Below are positions 1 to 11,895 of a stretch of DNA of 64,000 bases, one piece after another; positions within the stretch are counted from its first letter, which is position 1; each line of letters starts with the position of its first letter. The DNA is taken from contig NC_086098.1 of assembly GCF_963921235.1 (NCBI RefSeq), positions 4,650,001 through 4,714,000 of the forward strand, written 5' to 3'. A program made the position numbers and the translations under genes. Below the pieces are notes generated by a model. The model was not told the origin of the DNA. It searched no databases and saw nothing but the letters and a program-made list of their open reading frames with translations. This DNA comes from Mobula hypostoma. Taxonomy: Eukaryota.

Positions 1-136
1 GGCATAATTTACATATTATTTAATTATTTATGGTTTTATATTGCTATATTTATACTCTATTCTTGGTTGGTGCAAATGTAACAAAACCCAATTTCCCCCG
101 GGATTAATGAAGTATGTCTATCTATCTATCTATCTA
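1..136 (+). mobile_element. Rex1/Babar-like LINE 3' tail ending in (TCTA)n
   Basis: Similar to the minus-strand tail at 5990-6196 (ggcataattt...aatttccc(c/t)cgggat(t/c)aat(g/a)aagtatg), followed by a microsatellite tail. Confidence 0.6.
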
Positions 137-139
137 AAA

Positions 140-580
140 GAATTAGGCTCCTTGGCTCATCAAGTCTGCTCCACCATTTCATCATGGCTGATCTATTTTC
201 CCTCTCAGCCCCAATCTCTTGCCTTCCCCCCATATCCCTTCATGCACTGACCAATCAAGAATCTATCAACGTCTACCTTAAATATATGCTTGACCTCCTC
301 TTGAGCTTCCTGTGGCGGTGAATTCCACAGATTCACCACTCTCTAAAGAACTTCCTCCTCATCTCCATTCTAAAAGGACACCCCTCTATGCTGAGACTGT
401 GTCCTCTGGTCCTAGACATTCCCACTATAGGATACATTCTCTCCATATCCACTTTACCAAGGCCTTTCACCATTCAATATGTTTCAATGAGGTCATCCTT
501 CATTCCTCTGAATTCCTGTGAGTTCAGTCCCAGAGCCATCAAGCGCTCTTCAAATGACAAGCCAAATAATCCTGGAATCA
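140..580 (-). mobile_element. CR1 LINE 3' fragment
   Basis: Reverse complement matches the CR1 3' region (gtggtgaatctgtggaattc and 3' UTR) seen at 22380-22620. Confidence 0.8.
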
Positions 581-589
581 TCCTCACAC

Positions 590-760
590 CAACCTGTCCA
601 TCTCAGGCCTCCTCCACTGTCAGGGTGAGGCAAACCCAGACAACAGCTCATATTGCACCTGGGGACTCTACAACACAAAGACATGAATGTTGGGATCTCC
701 AGTTTCTGGTAACTTGCACCCACTCTCAATTCCTTTCTCTCTCTTTCTGATCCACCAAGG
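590..760 (+). mobile_element. Penelope-like element fragment (GIY-YIG C-terminal region)
   Basis: ggcctcctccactgtcagggtgaggc...ctcatattgcacctggggactctacaac...atgaatgtt resembles the decayed LIF.LGTLQP.GMN end of PLE endonucleases. Confidence 0.5.
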
Positions 761-1019
761 TCCTCTAGGGCTTTTTTCTTTAAAGTGAAGGAGGATGAGA
801 GGTGACTTGGTAGAGGTGTACAGGATGATAGGATGCACAGATTGAATGGAACTAGGGTATCCCCTGTACAGGGATTGGCCTGTGCAACTTCACCAGAGCT
901 CTGGTGGCCAGCCCTACCCATTTCCACCTCTCACAACCGGTTAGACTTTGAGAAGAAAATTTTAAACACACTACAAATTAAAGGTGACAGCACAGTGGTT
1001 AGCACAACACCTTACACCC

Positions 1020-3050
1020 TGCCTTTGACTTCCCTTGTCAGCCATGGTGCCTCTTCATATCTTTAGAATTCTCCTTCATTTTTGGGTTATATCTTTCTTG
1101 CAGCTTCCTAATTTCCTACAGAAACACCAGCCATTGTTGTTCTGCCATCATCCCTGCTAGTGTCCCCATTCCAATCAACATTAGCCAGCTCCTCTTTCAT
1201 GCCTCTGTAATTCCCTTTACTCCACTGTAATACTGATACATCTAATTTTAGCTTCTCCTTCTCAAACTGTAAGGTGAATTCTATATTATCATCACTGCCT
1301 CCTAAGGGTTCCTTCATCTTAAGTTTCCTAATCAAGTCTGGGTCATTACATAACACCCAATTCAGAAATTCTACTCCTCTAGTGTGAACAATTACAAACT
1401 GTTCTAAAAGACTATCACAACATTTTACATGTCTTTTTTTACCTTCTGTTGTAATTTGTATGCCACATCCTGGCTACTGTTCAGAGGATTGTATGCAACT
1501 CCCATCAGGGTCATTTTACCCTTGCAGTTTCTTAACGTTACCCACAAGGATTCTACATCTTCTATCCTGTCACCTCTTTCTAAAGATTTGATTTGATTTT
1601 TTTTACCAACAGAACCACCACATCCACTCTGCCTACCTGCCTGTCTTCTTGATACATCGTGCATCGTTGGATGTTACGTTCCCTACTATAACCTTCTTTC
1701 AGCCGCAATTCAGAGATGCCCCAACGTCGTTCCTGCCAACCTTCAACTGCGCCATAAGATCACCTACTTTATTCCATATACTGTGTATCTTCAAATATAA
1801 CATCCTTTTTGATTTTAGCCCCCTGTTACACTTAATTTATCTCACCGACTGCAATTTTGCCCGAACATCTGCCTGTCCTTCCTCACAATCTCACTACATA
1901 CTGCATCTGACTTGTTAACCAACTGCCCATCCTCAGCTCTGTCACTCCAGTTCCCATTCCCCTGACAAATTAGTTTAAACTCCCCCCTGCAGTTCTAGCA
2001 AACCTACCTGCAAGTATATTAGTCCTCCTCGGGTTCAGGTGTAAACTATCCTTTTTGTACAAGTTGTACCTTCCCCAGAAGAGATCCCAATGATCCATAA
2101 ACCTGAACCTGCCCCTAGCATCAGTTTCTCAGCCGCATTTTTATCAGTCAGATCACCCGATTCTTACCCTTACTGTGGCACAAGCAGCAATCCAGAGATT
2201 GCTGCACTGGAGGTCCTGCTTTTCAGCTTTCTGTCCAACTCCCTACATTACCTCTTTAGGACCTCCTCCCTTTTTCTGCCTATATCACTGGAGCAAATAT
2301 GTATCATGACTCCCAGCTGTTCACCCTCCCCCTTCAGAACGCCATGGACCCGACCCAAGAAATCCCTGACCCTGGCACCTAGGAGGCAACATACCGTCCA
2401 GGTGTCTCTTTCATGTCCACAGAATCTCATGCCGACTTGTCTAACTATGGAAGCCCTTAATTTACTGCAGTCCTCTTTCCCCTCGTCCCTTCTGAGCCAC
2501 CGAGCCAAAGACCTGGTTGCTGTGGCTTCCTCCTGGAAGGTTGTCAGCTCAGTTTATTGTTGAGGGAAACTCTGCACTGGCTCTTATTCCCTTTCCCCCT
2601 CCTCACAGTCACCCAGGTACCTTCCGCCTGTAATTTAGGAGTGGCCACCTCACTCTCGCTCCTATCTATCACTTCCTCATTTTTCCGCAGGAGCTGAAGG
2701 TCATCGAGCTGCAGCTCCAGTTCCTTAGCATGGTCTCTAAGGAGCTGCAAATCGGTGTAGTTATTCGGGAGACTGGAGGTTCCCCAGAGTTCCCACATCT
2801 CACCCAGGGAACATACCACTTTCTCGGAGCCTTCTCAGAGAACTAGCTAAGTACTAATAGAAAAAAAAACTTAATAGAAACTTTCTAACTTACTTAGAAC
2901 CTCCGCCTGTGCTCGCCCAAGCCTGCTCTCACATTAGTCTGTTAAGCCAAAGCCAGACCACACTTATATCGGCCCTTGCCAACAATAGCCACTCCACTTA
3001 CACCTCCTTTCTTTCCATTGGCCCCACCCTGATTGCTGCCTGCAGACAAA
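1020..3050 (-). mobile_element. Decayed CR1 5' half: ORF1 (Zn finger + SGNH esterase) and APE endonuclease
   Basis: Minus ORFs: MVCS..C.MWE, CCLLGARVRD, IHICSSDIGRK (esterase), VESLWVTLRN, LGGSDDNIEF. Confidence 0.85.
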
Positions 3051-3269
3051 AAAGCCGAAAAGCTCCCAAGCTCTTTTTATACCTTACGCTGCATCACCAA
3101 CGAACAATATTTCACAACTAAGACAACTGAGAAAGAAAGAAAAATTCTGTCTCCACTTTACTCTAAGATATTCCACAGTGTCCTACAACATGCTGAACTT
3201 GTATTTGAAAACAAATGTACAAGGGTCCCAGAAAGGAACTGCATTCACTTGACTATACGATATAGGACC

Positions 3270-3545
3270 AGAATTAGCCATTTGGCCTATCGAGTCTGTT
3301 CTGCCATTCCATCAGGGCTGATTTATTGTCCTTCTCAACCCCATTCTCCTTGTAACCTTTAATACCTTTATTGGTCAAGAACCTATTAACCTTTGCTTTA
3401 AATATACCCAATGACTTGGCCTCCACAGCCATCTGTGGCAGTGAATTCCACAGATTCACCGCCATCTGGCTAAAGAAATTCCTCACTATCTCTGTTCTAA
3501 TGGGATATCTTTCTATTCTTCAGCCATGCCCTCTGGTCCTAGATT
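3270..3545 (-). mobile_element. CR1 3' end
   Basis: NFFSQMAVNLWNSLP..VEAKSLGIFK motif. Confidence 0.85.
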
Positions 3546-3845
3546 CCCTCCGATTACAAGAAAATCTATTATTATCATTATTATTATTATTACTATTATT
3601 AGTAGTAGTATTTTGTATTTGCACAATTTGTCTTCCTTTGCACATTGGTTGCTTGTCAGTCTTTGTGTGTAGTTTTTCATTGATTCTATTGTTTTTTTTG
3701 TTCTACAGTAAAATCCTGCAAATGAATGGATCTCAGGTTAAGATATGGTAATATATACATTCTTTGATAATACATGTACTCTGAACTTCAAAGTTTGAAG
3801 TTTGAACGTTCCCTCCAGTTCACTCTATCTATGCCTTTCAAAACT

Positions 3846-4145
3846 GGGCGGCCAGCAGTGCCGTGATTAGCGCGATGCCATTGCAGCTTGGGATGTTTCC
3901 AGAGTGTTTAGTTCAATCCTGGTGTGTTCTGGAAGGAGTCTCTGTACGTCCTCCCTGTAGAATGCATGTGTTTTCCCATAGGTGCTCTGGTTTTCTCCCA
4001 CAGTCCAATGATGCACCGGCATGTTAATAAATTGTCCCGAGATTAGGTTAGGCTTATTCAGGGATGTGGGGTTGCTGGGGCAGTGAGGCTCAAAGGGACA
4101 GAAGGGCCTACACCCTCTGCATTGCTAAAGAGATAAATAAATATT
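3846..4145 (+). mobile_element. HE1-like tRNA-derived V-SINE
   Basis: V-domain core ggtgctctggttttctcccacagtccaa, decayed tRNA-like head, A-rich end. Confidence 0.7.
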
Positions 4146-5067
4146 TGATAGGTTTCATTGAGATCCCCCCTCTTTCAGTGGTGGAGGCAGATACACTAGT
4201 GAAGTTTAAGAGACTGCTAGACAGGTATATGGAGGAATTTAAGGTGGGGGATTATATGGGAGGCAGGGTTTGAGGGTCGGCACAACATTGTGGGCCGAAG
4301 GGCCTGTACTGCGCTGTACTATTCTATGTTCTTCTAAGCTCCAACAAGTACAGGTCCAAAGCAATCAGACACTCCCTATGCGTTAACCCTTTGATTCCCA
4401 GGATCATTCTTGTGAACCTCGTCTGGCCATCTCCAATGCCAGCACATCCTTTGTTAGATATGGGGCCCAAATAAATCAGACATGATTGGAGAGATAATGG
4501 AGCTAGAGATATCAGAGATTCATACAAACACACTTATACAAGGGGAACCTTCTCCAGGTGAGTCTTTAAAGAAAATACACCAATCTTTACCTTGTGATAA
4601 GCAACATATTCTCACTCTCAGTTCTCTCACTTCTGCTGTAGGCATCGAGCTCATCAACGCTCATAATCTATATGGAGAAGGGAATGACTGGGAAAGCGAG
4701 GCATCAAAGAAACCTGAGCAGAATGAGTGTCAGTCATTGCTTTCAGCAGAAGTGAGAAACTGCGGAAAGAGTGACAATACTTGATGCATTCTCACCTGAC
4801 AATTATGTAACAGCAAAGTCTGACCTCTTTCTACTCCAGTTTGTATAACGTTACTTATTTGAATTGAACGCTCATTTGTTCTTCCACAATGAAAAGAAAG
4901 TACACAATATTTGCAATGGTTTGAAATGAAAAACTTGGATGATGAACATCCTGGTTACCCAGACTTATTCTACTAGGTTATACAACAGTGACGCATTACA
5001 GGTTAAGTGGGTTCCATTTTCATAGAGTTTACTTTCTGAAATTACAACGTTTGTACGTTCATATCTA

Positions 5068-5125
5068 CACTCTGTGGCCACATTATTAAGTATCTCCTGC
5101 ACCTATCATACTGGCCACTAAGTGT
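5068..5125. mobile_element. Minimal Tc1/mariner-type MITE (TIRs only)
   Basis: TA-cactctgtggcca...tggccactaagtg-TA; same termini as 54099-54692. Confidence 0.55.
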
Positions 5126-5174
5126 AGTGTCACATTATAGGCCAAGTGGGTCCCATTTTCTCAGATTTTGTGAA

Positions 5175-6415
5175 TCTCTGTGACTCAGAAGAGGCATGCT
5201 ATGATAATAGGGGATTCATTAGGGAACGGACAGGAGGCTCTCTGGGTGGGAATGAATTTCCCAGATGGTATGTTGCCTCCCAAGTGCCAGGGTCCAGGAT
5301 ATCTCAGATTGAGTCCTCAGCATTCTTAAGTGGGAGGGTGAACGGCCAGAAGTCATGGTCCATGTAGGTACCAATGACATGGGTAGGACGATTGATAAGG
5401 TTCTGCATAGGGAGTTTAGGAATTTGGGTGCTAAGTTAAAGGGCAGGACCTCCTGGGTGTGATCTCGGGATTGCTACCAGTGCCACGTGCTGGTGAGGCC
5501 AGAACTAGGAAGATTATACAGTTTAATATGTGGGTAAGGAGTTGGTGTAGGAGGGAGGGCATAAACTTTTTGGATCACTGGGGTCTCTTCCAGGAAAGGT
5601 GGGACATATACAGAAGGGACGGTTTGCACCTGAACTGGAGGGGGACTAATATCCTAGCAGGAAGGTTTGTTAATGCTGCACAGTGGGGTTTAAACTAGTG
5701 TTGTGGGGGATGGGAACCAGAGTGCCAGAGCAGTTAGTGGAGAGGTTGTAGAGGTGGATATTGGTAAGACCTCAGACAAAGTTAGGAATCAAAAGGTTGA
5801 GCATGGTGTGACTATTGTCCTGAGCTGCGTGTATTTCAATGCAAGAAGCATTGTAGGAAAGGCAGATAGTGCTGAAGATGAGGTAGCTGGTTCACAAACA
5901 GAGGCAATGTATAGTGAGGAGAGGCTGTTGACAAGGCAAAATTGCAGTCAACAGGATGAGTTGCAATGCAAAAGGTGGACAAAATTGAAAAGTCATAGTC
6001 ATACTTTATTGATCCCGAGGGAAATTGGTTTTCGTGACAGTTGCACCATAAATAATTAAATAGTAATATTTAAATTATGCCAGGAAATAAGTCCAGGACC
6101 AGCCTATTGGCTCAGGGTGTCTGACCCTCCAAGGGAGGAGTTGTAAAGTTTGATGGCCACAGGCAGGAATGACTTCCTATGACGCTCAGTGTTGACCAAG
6201 ACTGAAGGTGATGTACCTGAATGTGCAAAGTACTGTACACGGAATTAGGTAGATAAACTTGTAACACTGTTGCAGATTGGCATGTATGATGTTGTAAGCA
6301 TCAGTGAATCATGGCTGAAAGAACAGTAAAAGAACAGTTATATATAGGCCCCCAAACAGCAGTTAGGATGTGGTCTCCAAAGTCCAACAGGAGATAGAAA
6401 ATGCATGCCAAAATT
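5175..6415 (+). mobile_element. Decayed CR1 ORF1 esterase and ORF2 start, interrupted by a Rex1 tail
   Basis: ISGLLPVPR..FLDHW..DGLHLNWRGT; CVYFNARSIV. Confidence 0.8.
5990..6196 (-). mobile_element. Rex1/Babar LINE 3' end
   Basis: Minus strand reads TERHRKSFLPVAIKLYNS, then aataaagtatgactatgact tail. Confidence 0.75.
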
Positions 6416-6973
6416 CCATTAGACTGTAAGACAGAGGAGCAGAATTTGGCTCATCGAGCCTGCTCCACCATTTCATTGTGGCTGATCCAATCATCCACTA
6501 CACCACAATCTCCGCCGTCTCCCCATATCCCTTCATGCCTTGACCAGTCGAGAATCCATCAACCTCTACCTTAAATATACGTAAAGACTTGGCCTCCATA
6601 GCTGCTCGTGGCAACAAATTCCACAGATTCACCACCCTCTGGATAAAGGATTCCTCCTCATCAGAGTTCTAAAAGGGCACCCCTCTATTCTGAAGCTGTC
6701 CTCTGGTCTTAGACTCTCCCATCATAGGAAACAGTCTACTATTGGGCGGTCTATAAAAAACACCCAGTAGAGTTATTGACCCCTTCCTGTTTCTAACTTC
6801 CACCCTCAAAGACTCAGTAGGCAATCCCTCCATGACTTCATCCTTTTCTGCAGCTGTCACAGCAGACATCTCAGTCGTAAACACAAAATATTCTGCAGAT
6901 GATGGGGTCAAAGCAACACTCACAACACACTGGAGGAACTCAGCAGGTCGGGCAGCATACGTGGAAAAGATCG

Positions 6974-7007
6974 GTCGACGTTTCGGGCCAGAATCCTTCA
7001 TCAGGAC
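6974..7007 (-). ncRNA. Minimal hammerhead ribozyme in a Penelope-derived repeat (about 6878-7010)
   Basis: Reverse complement: gtc-CTGATGA-aggattctggccc-GAAAC-GTC-gac; core intact, one stem II mismatch. Confidence 0.7.
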
Positions 7008-7010
7008 TGG

Positions 7011-7422
7011 GACATCTCAGTCCATGGTCAGAAACTTGAGACAGTGCAGCAGTTCAAATACCTGGGGGCAATCATCAGTGATGAAGGATCAAGACCAGAA
7101 GTCCTGGCAAGAACCACACAGACAATGACTGCACTATCCAAACTCAAGACAATATGGAGGGACAGCAACATCACCATGAAGTACAAGATCAGACTCCTAC
7201 GTGCATTGGTATTCTCCATCTTCCTGTACGCATGCGAGACATGGACCCTCACAGCAGAGCTACAGAGGAAGATACAGGCATTGGAAATGAGATTCTATTG
7301 CAACATCTCGGGCATCTCATACTTGGACCACATCACAAACAAGCAGATCCGCAAGACCATCCAGCACCACATTGGCCCCCATGAAAACCTTCTCACAACG
7401 GTGAAGAAAAGAAAGCTGAATG
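7011..7422 (+). mobile_element. RTE-clade LINE RT C-terminal fragment
   Basis: FKYLGAIISDEG...KIRLLRALVFSIFLYACETWTL. Confidence 0.85.
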
Positions 7423-7429
7423 GTACTCC

Positions 7430-8220
7430 ACCATACTACTTGTGTCTGATGTAAAATACTTATCCAGTTCATCCACCATTTCCTTGTCTTCCATTCTGAC
7501 CTCTCCAGCATCGTTTTCCAGCAGTCCGATATTCACTCTTGCCTCTTGTTTACACTTTATGTATCTGAAGAAACTTTTGGTATCCTCTTTAATGTTATTG
7601 GCTTGCTTACTTTCGTATTCCATCTTTACTTTCTTAATGACTTTTTAGTTACCTTCTGTTAGTTTTCAAAAGCTGCCCAATCCTCTAACTTTCCACGAAT
7701 CTTTGCTCTATTTGCCCTCCTTTTGGCTTCTCTGTTGACTTCGACTTCTCTTGTTGGCCACAGTTATGTCATCTTTCCTTTTGAAAACAACTTCTTCTTT
7801 GGGCTGAATATATCCTGTGTCTTCTGAATTGCTTCCAGAAATTATAGCCATTGCTGCTCTGCTGTCATCCCTACCAGTATTCTTTTCTGATCAATTCTGG
7901 CCAAATCATGTCCCATGGCTCTGTAGTTTCCTTTACTCCACAATAATTATGATACATCTGACTTTAGCTTCTCCTCAAATTTCAGGGTGAATGATCACTT
8001 GCTACTAAGGATTAATTTTAATGTCTCTGATCAATTTTGGTTCTTTGTAAAACTCCCAATCCAGAATAGCTGATCATCTGGTGGGCTCAACCATGAGTTA
8101 CTCTGAAAAGCTATCTCATAGGCACTCTAGAAATTCACCCTCCTGGAATTCAGCACCAGTCTGATTTTCCCAATCTACCTGCATATTGAAGTCCCCCGCA
8201 ACTATTATAACATTGCCCTT
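7430..8220 (-). mobile_element. CR1 ORF2 fragment
   Basis: VAGDFNMQVDW; ANNIKEDTKSFFRYIK..IGLLEND. Confidence 0.8.
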
Positions 8221-8224
8221 TTGG

Positions 8225-10178
8225 AGAAAGAAAATGCACGCAAAAACGGAAATGTTACAATAGTGGTGGCTGGAATTTCTGGAAGCAATTTGGAAGACAC
8301 AGGATAGATGCATCCCAAAGAGGAAGAAGTGTTCTGCAGGTAAGATGACACAACCTTGGCGAACAAGAGAATTTAAAGCCAATATCAAAGCAAAAGGGAA
8401 GGTATATAATAGAGCAAAAATTAGAGGTAAGTTAGAGGATTGGGAAGCTTTTAAAAACCAACAGAAGAAAACTAAAAAGGTCATTAAGCAGGTGAACATG
8501 AAATACAGAACTAAGTTAGCCAATAATATTAAAGAGGATACCAAAAAGTTACTTTAAATACATAAAGTGTAAAAGGGATGCGAGAGTGTATATTGGACCA
8601 CTGGAAAACGATGCTGGAGAGGTAGTAATGGGGTGGGGGAGGGGCAAGGAAGAGGCTTATAAACTGGATAAGTATTTTGCATCAACCCGCACTGTGGTGG
8701 AAGTTCCAGGTGTCAGTGGTCAGGAAGTATGTGAAGTTACCATTACTAGAAAGAAGGTTCCTGGGAAACTGAAAGTTCTGAAGGCAGATAAGTCGCATGG
8801 ACCAGATGGCATACACCTCAGGGTTCTGAAAGAGGTGGCTGAAGAGATTGTGGAGGCATTAGTCATAATCTTTCATGAATCACTAGATTCTGGAATGGTT
8901 CCAGAAGATTAGAAAATTGCAAATGTGACTCCACTCTTCAAGAGTGGAGAGAGGCCGAAGAAAGGAAACTATAGGCCAGTTAGTCTGACCTCAGTAGTTG
9001 GGAAGATATTGGAGTCATTTATTAAGGATGAGTTCTCAGGGTACTTGGAGGCAAATGATAAAATAGGCAATAGTCAACATGGTTTCCTCAAGGGAAAATC
9101 TTGCCTGACAAATCTGTTGCAATTCTCTGAAGTAATAACAAGCAGGATAGATGAAGGAGAATCGATTGTTGTTATGAACTTGAATTTTCAGAAGGCCTTT
9201 GATGAGGTGCCACACATGAGGCTGCTTAACATTATGATATTACCATGGTATTACACAAAAAATTCTAGCATGGATAAAGCAGTGGCTGATTGGGAGGCAA
9301 AGAGTGAGACTAAAGGGAACCTTTTCTGGTTGGCTGCCATTGTTCCACAGAGGTCTGTGTTGGGATCGATTATTTTTACATTATATGTCAATGATTTGAA
9401 TGATGAAAGTGATGGCTTTGTTACAAAGTTTGCAGACAATATGAAAATATGTGGAGGGGCAAGTAATTTTGAGGAAGTAGAAAGGCTACAGAAGGACTTA
9501 GAATAGGAGAATGGGCAAATGGAATACAGTGTCGGGTAGGGTATGGTCATGGACTTTGGTAAAAGAAATGAAAGGTTGACTGTTTTCTAAATGGAGAGAA
9601 GCTACAAAAAAACAGAGGTGCAAAGGGACAGTGTGTGTCCTTGTGCAGGATTCCTTAAAGGTTAATTTGCAGATTGAGTTTGTGGTGAAGAAGGAAAATG
9701 TGATGTTATCATTCATTTCAAGAGAACTAGAATATTAAAACATGGATGTAATGGTGAGACTTTAAAGGCACTGGTGAGGCCTCACTTAGAATATTGTGAG
9801 CAGTATTGGCCCTTTATCTTTGAAAGGATGTAGTGAAACTAGAGAGGGTTCAAAGGAGGTTCACGAAAATGAATCCAGGATTGAATAGCTTGTCATATGA
9901 AGAATGTTTGATGGCTGTATTCACTAGAGTTCAGAAGAATGGGAGATGCCTTATTCAAACCTATTGAATGGTGAAAGGCCTTGACAGAGTGGATGTGGAG
10001 AAGATGTTTCCTATGGTGGGAGAGTCTAAAACCAGAGAATGCAACCTCAGAATATAGGGAGTCCTTTTAGAATGGAGATGAGGAGGGATTGCTTTAGCCA
10101 GAGAGTGGTGAATCTTTGGAATTCTTTGCCACAGGCACCTGTGGAGACCAGGTCTGTACATGTATTTAAGGCAGAGGT
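8225..10178 (+). mobile_element. Decayed CR1 ORF2 (RT); its 3' end resumes at 16047-16215 after the L1
   Basis: GPDGIH.RVLKE, NYRPVSLTSVVGK, QHGF.KGKSCLTNL, VPQRSVLG, KFADN; multiple stops. Confidence 0.9.
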
Positions 10179-10290
10179 CAGATTCTCCAGATGGCGCTCA
10201 CGCAGTGAGGTCACTTCTCGGCTTCACTCCGTTACTTTTTCATTTTATGTCTATGATCACCTTTATTTAATTTACTTTTAAGTTTGGATT

Positions 10291-11114
10291 TTGAACTTCA
10301 AAGAGGTGAGTAGAGAACCAGCTACAAAACCAAAAGTTCGAGACGCTAAACCCGCAAAAAACACCGATGGCGACAGAAAAAAGAAACCTGATCCTAAACA
10401 TCCTGAGATAACTTATGAAGTGTTGATGAATATGTTTCGGGATCATGCTGATGAAATATGCCAAAACTTTAAAGAAGAGATTACGGCAATTTTGCAAACT
10501 TTTGGTGTGCTTGACCATCAAGTTCAACAGCAACAAAATACTATCACCGAACCGAAGGAAGATGCACAAAAGAGAAACAGCTGGAGAGTCTTAAATTTAA
10601 GAATACTGATTTGGAAAACCGATCCAGAAGAAAGAACTTACATTTAATTGGTCTCCCTGAGGGAGTTGAGACAGGAGACCCTTCAGTATTCTTCTCTGAA
10701 CTTTTAAAGACTGCGTTTAGCTCTGAATTCCCGGATGACCCTCCATTACTTGACCGTGGTCACTGTATTTTTTGGAATAAATCAGATTCTCAAGCTAAAC
10801 CGAGACCGGTAATCATCCGATTTCATTATGTTCATGTTAAAGAGCAACTCATACGAGTAGCCCAATGGCAAGGAATGATTAAATTTGAAAACCATCAATT
10901 CCGACTGTATGAGGACTTCAGCCCTGAATTAATGAGAGTGCGATTGACTTTCAAACCTCTGATGATGGAATGCTACCAAAAAGATCTTAAACCGGTGTTA
11001 CTGTATCCTGCCCGCTTAAGAATTTCTCCTCTGAACAGACAGAGACTTTTTTTCAACTCTACAAGTGTAGCTCGAAGCTTTCTGGAAGAACTTGAATCAG
11101 CCGCCATGGTTTAA
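10291..11114 (+). pseudogene. L1 ORF1 (coiled coil/RRM/CTD), frameshifted
   Basis: ENRSRRKNLHLIGLPEG, PRPVIIRFH, EDFSPE, LLYPARLRI. Confidence 0.85.
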
Positions 11115-11895
11115 TTAATATACGATCTGTGTCATACTGGCTTTGGCTTTTCATTTTTTTCAATTTCTATTAATCATACGATTCGTTTTTGAAGATTGAC
11201 TTTTATAAGTATAAGACTTTTAGTTTTGATCGGTAGTGTTGGTATTCTTTAAATTAATTTTACCGTTATTATCAGTTATTTTCTATATATTTTTTAATAA
11301 TGTATGAGGGGGAATATATGTTTTTTTCCCCCGTGGCATAATTAAGATGGTGTTTTGTTTTTCTTCTTTCCATTATACTTTTGTTTTTTTCTTTACCGAG
11401 CCATCTTTTTGGGTTCTTCTCCCTATAATACTTTTCTTCCTGGATACGCCATTTTTTATGCTTAGCTGCTTTGCCTTACAAATATTTTACATTGAATAAT
11501 ATGCATTGGTGTCTCTTTTCTTTTTATTTTATTAGCATGTTGGCGATTATAATGCTAAGGTATTTTATTTTACTGTATTTGTTAAGTTTATTTTTTTTTT
11601 CGCTGTTATAGTGCGGTTTTTTTTAGGTGGTCTTTTTACCAACATATATTTGGGAGCCGCCTTCTGGAGAAATGGGGGTAGATTTAGTCTTAGTTAGCTT
11701 TCTGGACTCTCTTGGCTTAGTTTTAGGGTTCTTGGGTGGTGGGTGGAGGGTCTTTTCTTTTTTCGTTGGGCTAATTCTGAACTACAACAATGTCTGCTTT
11801 GTCGCAACTTCCGTTTTCTTTCCGAATGCTGGTTCCTCTTCCGGTTACATGGGTTTATACTCTGGTTAACCCTTTATATACCAAAAGACTGATTT

